Virus record (IMG/VR): IMGVR_UViG_3300031453_000004
Span: 1 to 43,507 of that record
Reading direction: 5' to 3' (one strand)
DNA: 43,507 nucleotides
Source: a virus
Taxonomy: Duplodnaviria > Caudoviricetes
The notes beneath the pieces are model-generated. The model saw only the letters and a program-made list of their open reading frames with translations, had not been told where the DNA came from and did no database searches. Position numbers and translations under genes: made by a program. Positions 35,206 through 43,507 of the stretch are shown here, one piece after another; position 1 is the first letter of the stretch, and each line of letters begins with the position of its first letter.

Positions 35206-35702
35206 GTGCCCCCGATCAGTACCCACAGCTGCCCCCTGGTGTTGCCCCGTACGTCGCTGGCATCGCGTCGGAGTTCGCGGCGATCCGGCACGACGCGGAG
35301 GAAGCGGGGCGGCGGTCTCCGCCGGTCATCAGCTTTCCTCCGTTCCCGGTGGTCCCTGCGTCGTCGCCACCGGAAACGCAGTCCATCCTTGCCCCCGGTG
35401 CGGGGTGGTCGAACTACGGCGGCGGCCTCCAACAACTCGGCTACGAGCTGATAGGTACACGGGTGTTCCTCCGCGGTGTCCTCACCAACACCACGGCCAT
35501 CACCAACGGGGGACCGTCCATCATGTTCACGATGCCCGCCGGGCTGATACCTGCTGTCACGGAAATATTCGCCACGGTGGGTGGATCCAACGCCATCTAC
35601 CGGGTGGACGTCAACTCCAACGGGACCGTGGACGTGATCGGCAACCTCCCGCTCAGCAACTTCGTCACCCTGTCCGGCATCACCTACTCGACGCTTGCCT
35701 AG
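35202..35702 (+). CDS. Minor tail protein (receptor-binding-like C-terminus)
   Basis: GW.NY...V.LRG...FTMPAG..P...LSGITY. Confidence 0.7.
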   Translation: MSAPDQYPQLPPGVAPYVAGIASEFAAIRHDAEEAGRRSPPVISFPPFPVVPASSPPETQSILAPGAGWSNYGGGLQQLGYELIGTRVFLRGVLTNTTAITNGGPSIMFTMPAGLIPAVTEIFATVGGSNAIYRVDVNSNGTVDVIGNLPLSNFVTLSGITYSTLA

Positions 35703-35712
35703 GAGGCGGGTC

Positions 35713-35916
35713 ATGGTCATCACCCTCACTGTCCCCGACCAGCTAGTTCCCCGTGTGGTCAACGCTTTGTGTGACGTCGGTGGGCACTCCACGGTGAACG
35801 CCGCCAACGCGAAAAGCACGCTGCTGGACATCATCACGCAGATGGTGCAGTCCGTGGAGTCCCGGGCGGCGATGACACCACCAACGCCGGTGGCGCCGAT
35901 CACCGGCCTGTCCTAA
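35713..35916 (+). CDS. Small hypothetical protein
   Basis: AGGAGG RBS. Confidence 0.6.
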   Translation: MVITLTVPDQLVPRVVNALCDVGGHSTVNAANAKSTLLDIITQMVQSVESRAAMTPPTPVAPITGLS

Positions 35917-35952
35917 CCCCCCCGTTTCACCACTGTGACGTTTGGAGACCCC

Positions 35953-36936
35953 ATGCCCGACTGCCTCTTCGCCGACGTATCGTATTTTCAAGCCAAGGTG
36001 GACGACTCCTACCCTCACCGGGTGTTGTCGATCCGCTCCAACGACGGCACGTTCCGTGACCCCAACTTTTCCCACAACTACCAGTGGTGCGTGAACGCCG
36101 TTGCAGGCGGCCGTCTGGACTGCTTCATTGTGTACGCCTACTGGCGGCCGAACTGGGAGGCCACCGCGAACACGATGCGCGACATGGTGAACGCCGAAGG
36201 TGGGCCGCACCCCCGCATGGTGGCAATGGTCGACCTCGAATCCGGTGGTAACCCTGGCGGGGATCAGTCGGGGGGTGTCAACGCGTGGTGCGACAACATC
36301 GCCGCCTGGTTGGGCACTCCGAGCGGTGGTGGTCGGGTCATCGGTTACGGCGGTGTGTATGACCTTCGGAGCATGTGGCCGAATCGGCCCGCGGGGATGC
36401 GGATGGTCATCGCCGGGTACGGCGGGGCATCTCCGATGGGGTTCCCCGGTTTCCTCGCCCACCAGTACACCGATGGTGGTGGGTACGGTGCCCCAGCACC
36501 CCAGGGTTGCCCACCGTTCGGGAACTGCGACATGAACTCCGCTGACGGTATCGATGCCGCGGGGTTCTGCGCCGCTGTGGGCCTCGGTGCAGCATCCGCC
36601 CCGATGGTCGGTGGGGCGATCGGCGACCTGTACAACACCCTCGGCGGGCCAGGTGGCCTGCTGGGCAATCCCACGACCCCAGAAACCAGCTGCCCCGATG
36701 GGGTTGGTCGGTACAACCATTTCGACCGCGGCTCCATCTACTGGACTCCCACCACGGGGGCGCATGAGGTCATCGGGTCGATCCGCGACACCTGGCAGGC
36801 ACAGGGCTGGGAAACCGGCAAATGGGGCTACCCCATCAGCAACGAGATCGGTTGCTCGGAGGGTGCCCACCAGTACTTCCAAGGGTCCGCGGTGTTCTGG
36901 CGGGCCTTCAACAACAAGATCACGGAGCTGAGCTGA
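35953..36936 (+). CDS. Endolysin: GH25-like muramidase plus LGFP repeats
   Basis: ADVSYFQ, MVDLESGGN, HQYTDG, CDMN; LG.P...E...GRYNHF..GSIYW.P.TGAH repeats. Confidence 0.88.
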   Translation: MPDCLFADVSYFQAKVDDSYPHRVLSIRSNDGTFRDPNFSHNYQWCVNAVAGGRLDCFIVYAYWRPNWEATANTMRDMVNAEGGPHPRMVAMVDLESGGNPGGDQSGGVNAWCDNIAAWLGTPSGGGRVIGYGGVYDLRSMWPNRPAGMRMVIAGYGGASPMGFPGFLAHQYTDGGGYGAPAPQGCPPFGNCDMNSADGIDAAGFCAAVGLGAASAPMVGGAIGDLYNTLGGPGGLLGNPTTPETSCPDGVGRYNHFDRGSIYWTPTTGAHEVIGSIRDTWQAQGWETGKWGYPISNEIGCSEGAHQYFQGSAVFWRAFNNKITELS

Positions 36937-36937
36937 C

Positions 36938-37381
36938 ATGAGCGCAACACCAATTTCGTGGTCGAACCCGGCCGAAGCCTTGAAAGCGATCACTTCCGGA
37001 ATTGTGACCTTCGTCGGGGCGGTGACGCTTTCCCTGTCCACGAACCCTGGCAACACCGCACCGACATTGGTGCAGTGGTTGATCGCCGGCATCTTCGGAT
37101 TGGGTGCCCTGGTCACCACGTACTACGTGCCCAACGCCAACGCCAAGCAGAAAGCGGTCATCGCGGATGCCGAGAAGGTCGCGGTGGACTTGGTAGAACA
37201 TAATCCGCAGCAGGCCATTGTGGATGTTACACAGGCCGTGATGGCAGCCAACTACCTGCAGCGGGCAGCGGCGCAGGCTGTGCCTGTGGTGGTCAACGTG
37301 ACACCCAAACCCGCCTACACGGGTCCGATCCCGCCTGTCTCCGAGCCCGTGGGAGCGACCGCAGTCAGCGCCGCACCGTGA
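36938..37381 (+). CDS. Holin
   Basis: Two TM segments ending TYYVPN; follows the endolysin. Confidence 0.75.
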   Translation: MSATPISWSNPAEALKAITSGIVTFVGAVTLSLSTNPGNTAPTLVQWLIAGIFGLGALVTTYYVPNANAKQKAVIADAEKVAVDLVEHNPQQAIVDVTQAVMAANYLQRAAAQAVPVVVNVTPKPAYTGPIPPVSEPVGATAVSAAP

Positions 37382-37875
37382 GAAGGGCGCGGTTGCGTTT
37401 CATTGAGCATCCCCATCTGTGGATTAAACGCCGACCCGCCAAACTCGGCAGGCGCGGAACTGTGCTGCTGATTCTCGGTGTCATCTGGTTTTTTATCGGC
37501 ATCTCCACCATCGCCGACCCCTACGCCTCGGGTGGCCGTAACCTGGGCTTGTTCCACGAAGCTCTGCCGTCGTGGTTGCGGGCCACCTTGTGGATCGGGA
37601 CCGCCCTGCTCGCCCTGTCCTCGGCGTGGCGGGTCGCCGGGCGCCGCGACGATTGGGGGTTCATGGGCCTGATCTTGATGCCCACCGTCCGGGCAATGTC
37701 CTACCTGTGGGCGTGGCTGGTCGACCTGTTCGACGGCAAGGGTGATCCCACGGGGTGGTTGGGGTTCATCGTGTGGGGCACCGTCACGGTCCTCGTGTAC
37801 ACCATCTCGGGGTGGCCGGAGACACCGAAGTTCGTGCCCCCCGAAACAGAGGCGGCAGCGCATGATAACGACTGA
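37378..37875 (+). CDS. Four-TM membrane protein (lysis cassette)
   Basis: Four hydrophobic segments; GTGA coupled. Confidence 0.75.
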   Translation: MRRARLRFIEHPHLWIKRRPAKLGRRGTVLLILGVIWFFIGISTIADPYASGGRNLGLFHEALPSWLRATLWIGTALLALSSAWRVAGRRDDWGFMGLILMPTVRAMSYLWAWLVDLFDGKGDPTGWLGFIVWGTVTVLVYTISGWPETPKFVPPETEAAAHDND

Positions 37876-38299
37876 GCTTATCAGTGCCGGTGGTGGTGTC
37901 GCAGCGGCGGCCATCGCCGCCCTCGCCGTCCGGCACACCGGCCTCCAAGCACGCATCGCCAACCGTGTCACCCGCGACGAGGACCAGGCGGTCATCGTCT
38001 CCCACGACGACGTGCAACGCCGCCGCGATGTGGTGGAGTCCTGGGAATCGTTCACCGTCACCCTGCAGAAGCAGATGACAGCGCTGGACGAGAAGATAGC
38101 TGGGCTGGACGTGAAGATAGCTGCGCAGGCCGACAAGATCGCCGAAGTCGGCCGCAAACTGGACCGGGCTGGGCGCACCCTGACCGCGGCCATCGCCTAC
38201 ATCGAACGTTTGCTGGACTTCATCAGCGCGCAACTGCCGGACCACCCGAACGTGCCGCAAATGCCCGCTGAGGTCCGCCAACAGATGCACGAGCAGTAG
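37862..38299 (+). CDS. Membrane-anchored coiled-coil protein (lysis cassette)
   Basis: N-terminal hydrophobic stretch and heptad repeat. Confidence 0.7.
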   Translation: MITTELISAGGGVAAAAIAALAVRHTGLQARIANRVTRDEDQAVIVSHDDVQRRRDVVESWESFTVTLQKQMTALDEKIAGLDVKIAAQADKIAEVGRKLDRAGRTLTAAIAYIERLLDFISAQLPDHPNVPQMPAEVRQQMHEQ

Positions 38300-38308
38300 G
38301 AGACCCCT

Positions 38309-38644
38309 GTGACCACACCCCTCACCCTCGGTGCAGCCCCAGGACCGTTGTCCGTGATCCTCACCCCCGGTGCCGCGTTCACCGCCGAAATCGACGCCGT
38401 ACTGAACGGCACCCCGTACACATGGCCGGTAGGGACGACTGCTCGTCTGGTGTTCGAGCGCGGTGATGTGACATCACAAACCTGGGCGGGTGTGGTGGTG
38501 GGGTCGGCCATCACGTTCACCGCCACCCAAGTGATGAGCGACGGGGTCCCGGACGGTTCCCACGCCCGGCTGTACCTGAACACCAGCGGCGGGGTAACCG
38601 GGGAGTTCCTGTGGTTGGCGGGGTCGGTGAGCAAGAGTGGTTAG
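38309..38644 (+). CDS. Tail-associated protein (LtfC-like)
   Basis: AGGAG RBS; L..G..F...WP.GT...W....V.GS...F. Confidence 0.6.
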   Translation: MTTPLTLGAAPGPLSVILTPGAAFTAEIDAVLNGTPYTWPVGTTARLVFERGDVTSQTWAGVVVGSAITFTATQVMSDGVPDGSHARLYLNTSGGVTGEFLWLAGSVSKSG

Positions 38645-38969
38645 CATCGCCCCCGGTGTCACCGTCCAGGTCACACCGCCCAGCCGCCCCGCTGTGGTCG
38701 TGGCACCCCCTGCGGCGTCGGTGGTGCAGGTCGCGCCCATCGTCGGCCCACGCGGCCCTGTTGGCCCACCAGGCGGCAGCGGGTTCAGCTACGTGCAAAC
38801 CACCCCGGCAGCGTCGTGGCCCGTCATCCACAACCTGGGCCGCTACCCCTACGCCGTGACCATCAAAGTTGGTGGCTCACTGCAGTTCACCGACGTGGAC
38901 TTCCCCGACCTCAACACAGTGGTCCTTACGTTCGCTACGCCGACCGCCGGTCGCGTCGACATCATCTAG
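38637..38969 (+). CDS. Tail fibre-associated protein with short collagen-like segment
   Basis: GPRGPVGPPG; W.VIHNLGRYP. Confidence 0.7.
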   Translation: MVSIAPGVTVQVTPPSRPAVVVAPPAASVVQVAPIVGPRGPVGPPGGSGFSYVQTTPAASWPVIHNLGRYPYAVTIKVGGSLQFTDVDFPDLNTVVLTFATPTAGRVDII

Positions 38970-38979
38970 AAGGAGCATC

Positions 38980-39768
38980 ATGGCAACCAGGTTCGGTAAC
39001 GGCATCGATCTTGCTTCGCAGCGTGTCCAGAACATCGGCGATCCCTCCACCGCGCAGGACGCCGCCAGCAAGAACTACGTCGACAACATCGCCAGGGGTT
39101 TGACCTGGAAACAGGCCGCACGAGCTGGGTCCACCGGCAACGTGTCGCTGACCGCACCGGGCACCGTCATCGACGGGGTAACCCTGGCCGTCAACGACCG
39201 CATCCTGCTGATGAACCAGACCACCGCCAGCCAAAACGGCCTGTGGGTGTTCCAGGGTTCCGCAGGGGCGTTGACCCGCCCCAACGACTACGCCGCGGCC
39301 AGTGTGCAACCAGCAGGCAGCGCAGCCACCATCACCGAGGGCACCGCCAACAACGACAAGACTTTCCTCGTCGCCTCGGACGGTTCGATCACGGTGGACA
39401 CCACGGCCACCACGTGGGCGCAACTCGGCGGCGGCGGAACCATGTACACCGCTGGTTCCGGTTTGCAGCTCGCAGCCGGTGCATTCAGCGTCGTCGCCGG
39501 TAACGGCATCCTCGCGGACGGCACCAGCACCCGTGTCGACCCCACCGTCGTGGTCCGCAAATATGCGGCGAACATCGGGGACGGCACCACCACCGCCATC
39601 GTCGTCACCCACGGTCTCGCCACCTCCGATGTGACGGTCACCGTGTTCGACATCGCCTCAGGGAACAACGAGATCCCCGACATCAACCACACCTCGACGG
39701 GCACGGTCACCATCACCTACGCGGTGGCACCGGCGTCGGCGTCGAAGCGCGTTATCTGCGCTGGCTGA
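38980..39768 (+). CDS. Tail fibre-like protein
   Basis: AAGGAG RBS; DP..AQDAASKNYVD trimer neck motif; DRILL.NQT..SQNG.W. Confidence 0.75.
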   Translation: MATRFGNGIDLASQRVQNIGDPSTAQDAASKNYVDNIARGLTWKQAARAGSTGNVSLTAPGTVIDGVTLAVNDRILLMNQTTASQNGLWVFQGSAGALTRPNDYAAASVQPAGSAATITEGTANNDKTFLVASDGSITVDTTATTWAQLGGGGTMYTAGSGLQLAAGAFSVVAGNGILADGTSTRVDPTVVVRKYAANIGDGTTTAIVVTHGLATSDVTVTVFDIASGNNEIPDINHTSTGTVTITYAVAPASASKRVICAG

Positions 39769-40136
39769 TGCAGAGGCTTGTGGGGCTGACCCCCGCCGCT
39801 ACCACAGACGCCGCCACGAAGGCCTACGTGGATGCCCCACCGGTCGCTGCCATCACCTTCGCTGCGACGATCACCCCGGCGGTGAGCAGCAGTGCGTTCA
39901 TCGCGGCGACGGGCAGCTTCACCCTGAACGCCCCCGCGAGCAGCGGCGACGGGATGATGATGCTGCTCGAGGTACGGGCTTCGGCGGCGGTCACGGTGAC
40001 CTTCGCTGCTGCCATCTTCCTCACCACGGGGCAAACCGCGTCGTTGGCGCTCACATCAGGGCACAGCGGGTTCGTCGGGTTGCGGTACTCCACCACAGCT
40101 ACGGCGTGGTACCTGCTCGCCGCGACGGCAGGCTGA
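39768..40136 (+). CDS. Tail fibre-associated protein
   Basis: DAATKAYVD; TGATG coupled. Confidence 0.65.
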   Translation: MQRLVGLTPAATTDAATKAYVDAPPVAAITFAATITPAVSSSAFIAATGSFTLNAPASSGDGMMMLLEVRASAAVTVTFAAAIFLTTGQTASLALTSGHSGFVGLRYSTTATAWYLLAATAG

Positions 40137-40137
40137 C

Positions 40138-40881
40138 GTGCCAATCGCCTTCGTCAAGAACGTCGGCAGTCTTGCAACGAAAACGTCTGGCACCGTTTTC
40201 TCGATCACGGTCCCCGCCGCCGGGGTCGCTGCGGGGAGCCGTGTCATCTGCCGGATTGCGACAAACATCGGCGTGTCCACCGCCACGATCACGGGGGCGG
40301 ACACAAGAGGAAACACCTACGCCAAGGACAATCTCAACGGATTAGACCCCAACACTCCTGTGCGATTCACGTTCGTGGTCTCTGCGCACATAGCAACCGC
40401 GCTGGTCTCCGGTGACACGATCACCCTGACCGTCAGCACAGCTTCCAGTGCTACCGTCCTGGTAATTGATGAGTTCACGGGGATACAGCCGACCAGCCCT
40501 TACACCACGCCTCTCGACTCCCGAGGCGATATTGTCACGAACGTCACGACCCCAGTGCCTCTGTACACGACCACGGTCGGTGACCTGCTGGCACTGACAA
40601 CATGCTCGAGCTCGTATGGCGTAACATTTACGTTCAACGCCGGATGGACGGTTCTGACCAGTGCAGTCACTTCGGGTGGGGGGTCGGCCACCAACCGTGA
40701 TATTTACGGTGCCTGGCAGTTGGCCACCTCGACCGGAAGCACGGCAGCAGTCACATCCTGCACGCCCACACCCTCTGCCGCTACCTACCATTACGAATGT
40801 CTGTTCGGTTACTTGGCGGCATCCGCCGTCACTCCGCCGTCTGCATCACAACCTGTAGGCCAGTTCCTCCCGTTCTTCTAA
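40138..40881 (+). CDS. Thr/Ser-rich beta protein (putative virion/receptor-binding)
   Basis: 247-aa ORF, last late gene. Confidence 0.65.
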   Translation: MPIAFVKNVGSLATKTSGTVFSITVPAAGVAAGSRVICRIATNIGVSTATITGADTRGNTYAKDNLNGLDPNTPVRFTFVVSAHIATALVSGDTITLTVSTASSATVLVIDEFTGIQPTSPYTTPLDSRGDIVTNVTTPVPLYTTTVGDLLALTTCSSSYGVTFTFNAGWTVLTSAVTSGGGSATNRDIYGAWQLATSTGSTAAVTSCTPTPSAATYHYECLFGYLAASAVTPPSASQPVGQFLPFF

Positions 40882-40894
40882 CCCCCTGCTCACT

Positions 40895-40925
40895 GCCCCT
40901 CGTCTGCCCCGGCAGGCGGGGGGCC
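40895..40925. terminator. Stem-loop between convergent late and int-side operons
   Basis: GCCCCTCGTCTGCC-cc-GGCAGGCGGGGGGC, with G-U pairs. Confidence 0.6.
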
Positions 40926-40946
40926 ATCGGTGTCTGCGGGGGTCAG

Positions 40947-41483
40947 TCACTCGTGCATGGCCATGCACTCGCCGCGCTGCTCGTTGGCATTGCCGCTGGC
41001 GATGATCAACACATCCTTGATGGAGCCGATCGGATCGGGCACGTTGAACTCGTGGCCCGTCATCCCCTCAGTGATCGTCGCCTCCCGGCCAAAGAAGGGT
41101 GCAGTTCCGTCCGTGTGGTCAATCACGTATGCGACGGTCTGCACCGCATGGGCGAACACCTGAATATCCGTGCCGCCACGAGAGTCGCCGTTGCTCTTAC
41201 CGGCGACGTAGAACGCTGCCGCGGCCGTGCAGTTCGGCACCGGCTGTCCCGGCTGCCAGGGCACACCCAGTGCGTAGGTTGTTGGCTCGGCTGAGGTCGG
41301 CGCCGCTGCCTGTTGAGTCGCCGGGGTTGCTGTAGGCGTCGTTGGACCGGCCGCCGGGGTGCTCGGCTTACCGCCACCGCTGGCAACCGAAACGATCACC
41401 AAGACGACGAACAGCAGGAGCACTACCCCGACGATGGGTAGCAGTTTGCCCCGCTTTTTCTTCGCGTGCGGCTGCTTGGTCAT
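40947..41483 (-). CDS. Membrane-anchored exported protein (candidate superinfection exclusion)
   Basis: KKKRGK + TM + Pro/Thr/Ala linker + domain with two Cys; GGGGAG RBS. Confidence 0.75.
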   Translation of the reverse strand: MTKQPHAKKKRGKLLPIVGVVLLLFVVLVIVSVASGGGKPSTPAAGPTTPTATPATQQAAAPTSAEPTTYALGVPWQPGQPVPNCTAAAAFYVAGKSNGDSRGGTDIQVFAHAVQTVAYVIDHTDGTAPFFGREATITEGMTGHEFNVPDPIGSIKDVLIIASGNANEQRGECMAMHE

Positions 41484-41550
41484 GATCTCCCCTTCGCTGT
41501 GTTTGCGTGTGCGGTGTTAGTGGTCGATGCGTCAGCGTGTACCTGATCGG

Positions 41551-42387
41551 TCACGCCGCCTTTAATGTGCGCCCCAGCCGCTCCGACGTTCTGCTCGCGG
41601 CCTTCGTGTTCGCCGCCACGTACCCGGCGGTGGTGTTCGGGGAACCATGACCCATCAACTCCTGCAGCTCCCGCAGATCCTTGCTCAGCGCGTACATCCG
41701 CGACCCATACCGGTGGCGCAAGGTGTGGCCGGTCCACGGCATCCCCAGGCCGTGCAGATGGTCGGCCACCACGATCGTCACCCTGTGCGCCGTGAGCGTG
41801 CGACCCGTCGCAGGGTTCGTGAACAGAGCCCCCCGGTGGCCCATGAGGGGGCGCAACAATCCGATCACTTGTGAGGGCACCGGCACCAGGCGCTCTTTGT
41901 CGCCCTTGCCGTGCACCAGCAGGGTCCACCGCTTGCCGTCCTCCGCGAAGTCCTCGCACTGCACGGCGGCGACTTCCGCGGCCCGCAACCCCAGGAACGC
42001 CATGCACACCATCCACAGGTACATCTGCCCGGTGGCACAGGACAACGCCAACCGCAGATCATCTTCGGGGATCGGGCGGGGTTTGCGGTGCGGTAATTTC
42101 GGCATCGGCAGTTTGGTCGCGGGGGAGCGGGGGAGCATGTCGTCGTCTGCTGCCCAGGAGTAGAAGGCCCGGACGTGGCTGGTGTAGGTGCCGAGGGCGG
42201 ACAGGGACACCCCGAGCGAGGCTTGCCACGCGGTCAACTCCTCAGGGGTGGCTTCCAGTAGAGGGTGGGACAGCCACAAGCTGAGGCGACGTAGTACCCC
42301 TTCACGGTCGAACATGCTGCGCGGTGACAGGCCGCGGCGGCGCATGTGATCCAGGTGACGGAGGACTACCTGCTCGGGCATGATCAT
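41551..42387 (-). CDS. int: Tyrosine integrase (278 aa, no arm-binding domain, C-terminal AA)
   Basis: GLRAAE, HGKGDKER, HTLRH, MGH...TAGY catalytic residues; start at MIMPEQ assumed. Confidence 0.92.
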   Translation of the reverse strand: MIMPEQVVLRHLDHMRRRGLSPRSMFDREGVLRRLSLWLSHPLLEATPEELTAWQASLGVSLSALGTYTSHVRAFYSWAADDDMLPRSPATKLPMPKLPHRKPRPIPEDDLRLALSCATGQMYLWMVCMAFLGLRAAEVAAVQCEDFAEDGKRWTLLVHGKGDKERLVPVPSQVIGLLRPLMGHRGALFTNPATGRTLTAHRVTIVVADHLHGLGMPWTGHTLRHRYGSRMYALSKDLRELQELMGHGSPNTTAGYVAANTKAASRTSERLGRTLKAA

Positions 42388-42458
42388 TGGTTTACTCTTT
42401 GTGTTGCTAAGATCACAAGAGGCAATGTTGCGTTGGCGTACGGTAGTGGTGCGGTTGG

Positions 42459-42555
42459 TTACGCGGCGCACGGCATGAGCGCCTCGTGCAGGACGCGGAC
42501 CGGGGGGAATGTACATAACGTGACGTCTTTTCGGAGAACAGTATCGTGAGTATGT
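42459..42555 (-). other. Detached 3' end of the repressor gene (encodes [31 protein letters not shown])
   Basis: In frame with the repressor through the att core when attP is reconstructed. Confidence 0.8.
42544..42555 (+). repeat. attR core TCGTGAGTATGT
   Basis: Direct repeat of 256-267; overlaps GTG-AGT-ATG of the host gene. Confidence 0.9.
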
Positions 42556-43507
42556 TTACCGAGACCTTGTACCGCACCGCGGCGACCAGCACCCATGGCA
42601 TGGTCACCGGTGAGCCCGACGCACCCGTGCGGACGAGCTGGCACGAGGTACACCAGCAGGCCCGAAAGATGGCCGGCGCGTTGGCCGCCGCGGGAATCGG
42701 ACCCGGCGACGCGGTCACGGTGCTGGCCGGTGCACCCGTGGACATTGCTCCTGCCATCCAGGCGGCGTGGATGCTCGGCGCCAGCATCACCATGCTGCAC
42801 CAGCCAACGCCCCGCACCGACCTCGGCGTGTGGGCTCAGGAGACGCTCACGACCTTGCGGGTGGTCTCCGCCAGTGTGGTCGTCGTTGGCGAACCGTTCG
42901 ACGCGGTGAAGCCGGTGCTGGAAGAGAATGACATCACCGTCCTGGAGATGGGTGAGCTCAAGCAGGGCACCGAAATCGAACCGGTAGAGGTCGGCGAGGA
43001 GGAAACGGCGCTGCTGCAGCTGACCTCCGGGTCCACGGGTCACCCGAAGGCGGTGCGGATCACCCACGGCAACCTGGCGGCGAACATCGAGGGAATGGTG
43101 CAGGCGGGTGACATCAAGGCCGAGACTGATGTCGCCGTCAGCTGGTTGCCATTGTTTCACGACATGGGCATGGTCGGCTTCCTCACCCTGCCGATGCAGC
43201 GGGGCGCGGAGCTCGTGACGGTGACGCCGATGGACTTCCTACGGTCGCCGATGCTGTGGATGCAGCTGATCAACAAGTACGGGGGAAGCCTCACCGCGGC
43301 ACCGAACTTCGCCTACGCCGTCATCGCCAAGCGGCTGGCTCGTTGGGATCCTGCCACCGACGGTGCGCTGGACCTGTCCACCCTGCGCTTCGCGCTCAAC
43401 GGCGCCGAGCCGATCGACCCGGTGTCGGTGCGCGCGTTCACCGATGCCGCCGGCCGTTTCGGCTTCAAGCCCGGCTCATTCGTCGGCGCCTACGGCATGG
43501 CCGAGGT
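42546..43507 (+). CDS. Fatty acyl-AMP ligase (host; start GTG 42546 or ATG 42552; truncated by window edge)
   Basis: [44 protein letters not shown]. Confidence 0.9.
   Translation, partial: MSMFTETLYRTAATSTHGMVTGEPDAPVRTSWHEVHQQARKMAGALAAAGIGPGDAVTVLAGAPVDIAPAIQAAWMLGASITMLHQPTPRTDLGVWAQETLTTLRVVSASVVVVGEPFDAVKPVLEENDITVLEMGELKQGTEIEPVEVGEEETALLQLTSGSTGHPKAVRITHGNLAANIEGMVQAGDIKAETDVAVSWLPLFHDMGMVGFLTLPMQRGAELVTVTPMDFLRSPMLWMQLINKYGGSLTAAPNFAYAVIAKRLARWDPATDGALDLSTLRFALNGAEPIDPVSVRAFTDAAGRFGFKPGSFVGAYGMAE

Larger units (their letters stand above)
256..42555. mobile_element. Complete temperate siphovirus prophage (predicted excised circle 42,288 bp)
   Basis: att direct repeats, tyrosine integrase, repressor/cro, and replication, packaging, head, tail and lysis modules flanked by host genes. 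Confidence 0.95.

Noticed and set aside
42459-43160. 233-aa minus-strand ORF as a real gene
   Set aside because: Mostly the antisense shadow of the GC-rich FAAL gene; only the last ~31 codons are meaningful, as the repressor tail.

Overview
The window holds a complete, apparently intact temperate siphovirus prophage of about 42.3 kb in a high-GC actinobacterial chromosome. It lies between the 5' end of prfC (minus strand, left) and a fatty acyl-AMP ligase (FAAL) gene (plus strand, right). A 12-bp direct repeat, TCGTGAGTATGT, at 256-267 and 42544-42555 marks attL/attR. This core sits inside the 3' end of the phage repressor gene and also covers the start codon of the host FAAL gene. Rejoining the ends on paper extends the repressor by 27 aa to end in an ssrA-like ...LMPCAA, and the short tyrosine integrase also ends in AA. 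That is the layout of integration-dependent immunity, but here the target is a protein-coding start site, so integration also replaces the host gene's promoter and RBS. Gene order is rep, cro, recombination, replication (with iterons), a C5-methyltransferase with a nested out-of-frame subunit, WhiB, resolvase, small late genes, terS, an antisense accessory operon whose small proteins share a C-terminal LFR tail, terL, head, tail, lysis, fibre genes, a membrane protein and int. All calls come from reading motifs by eye; no database searches were run.
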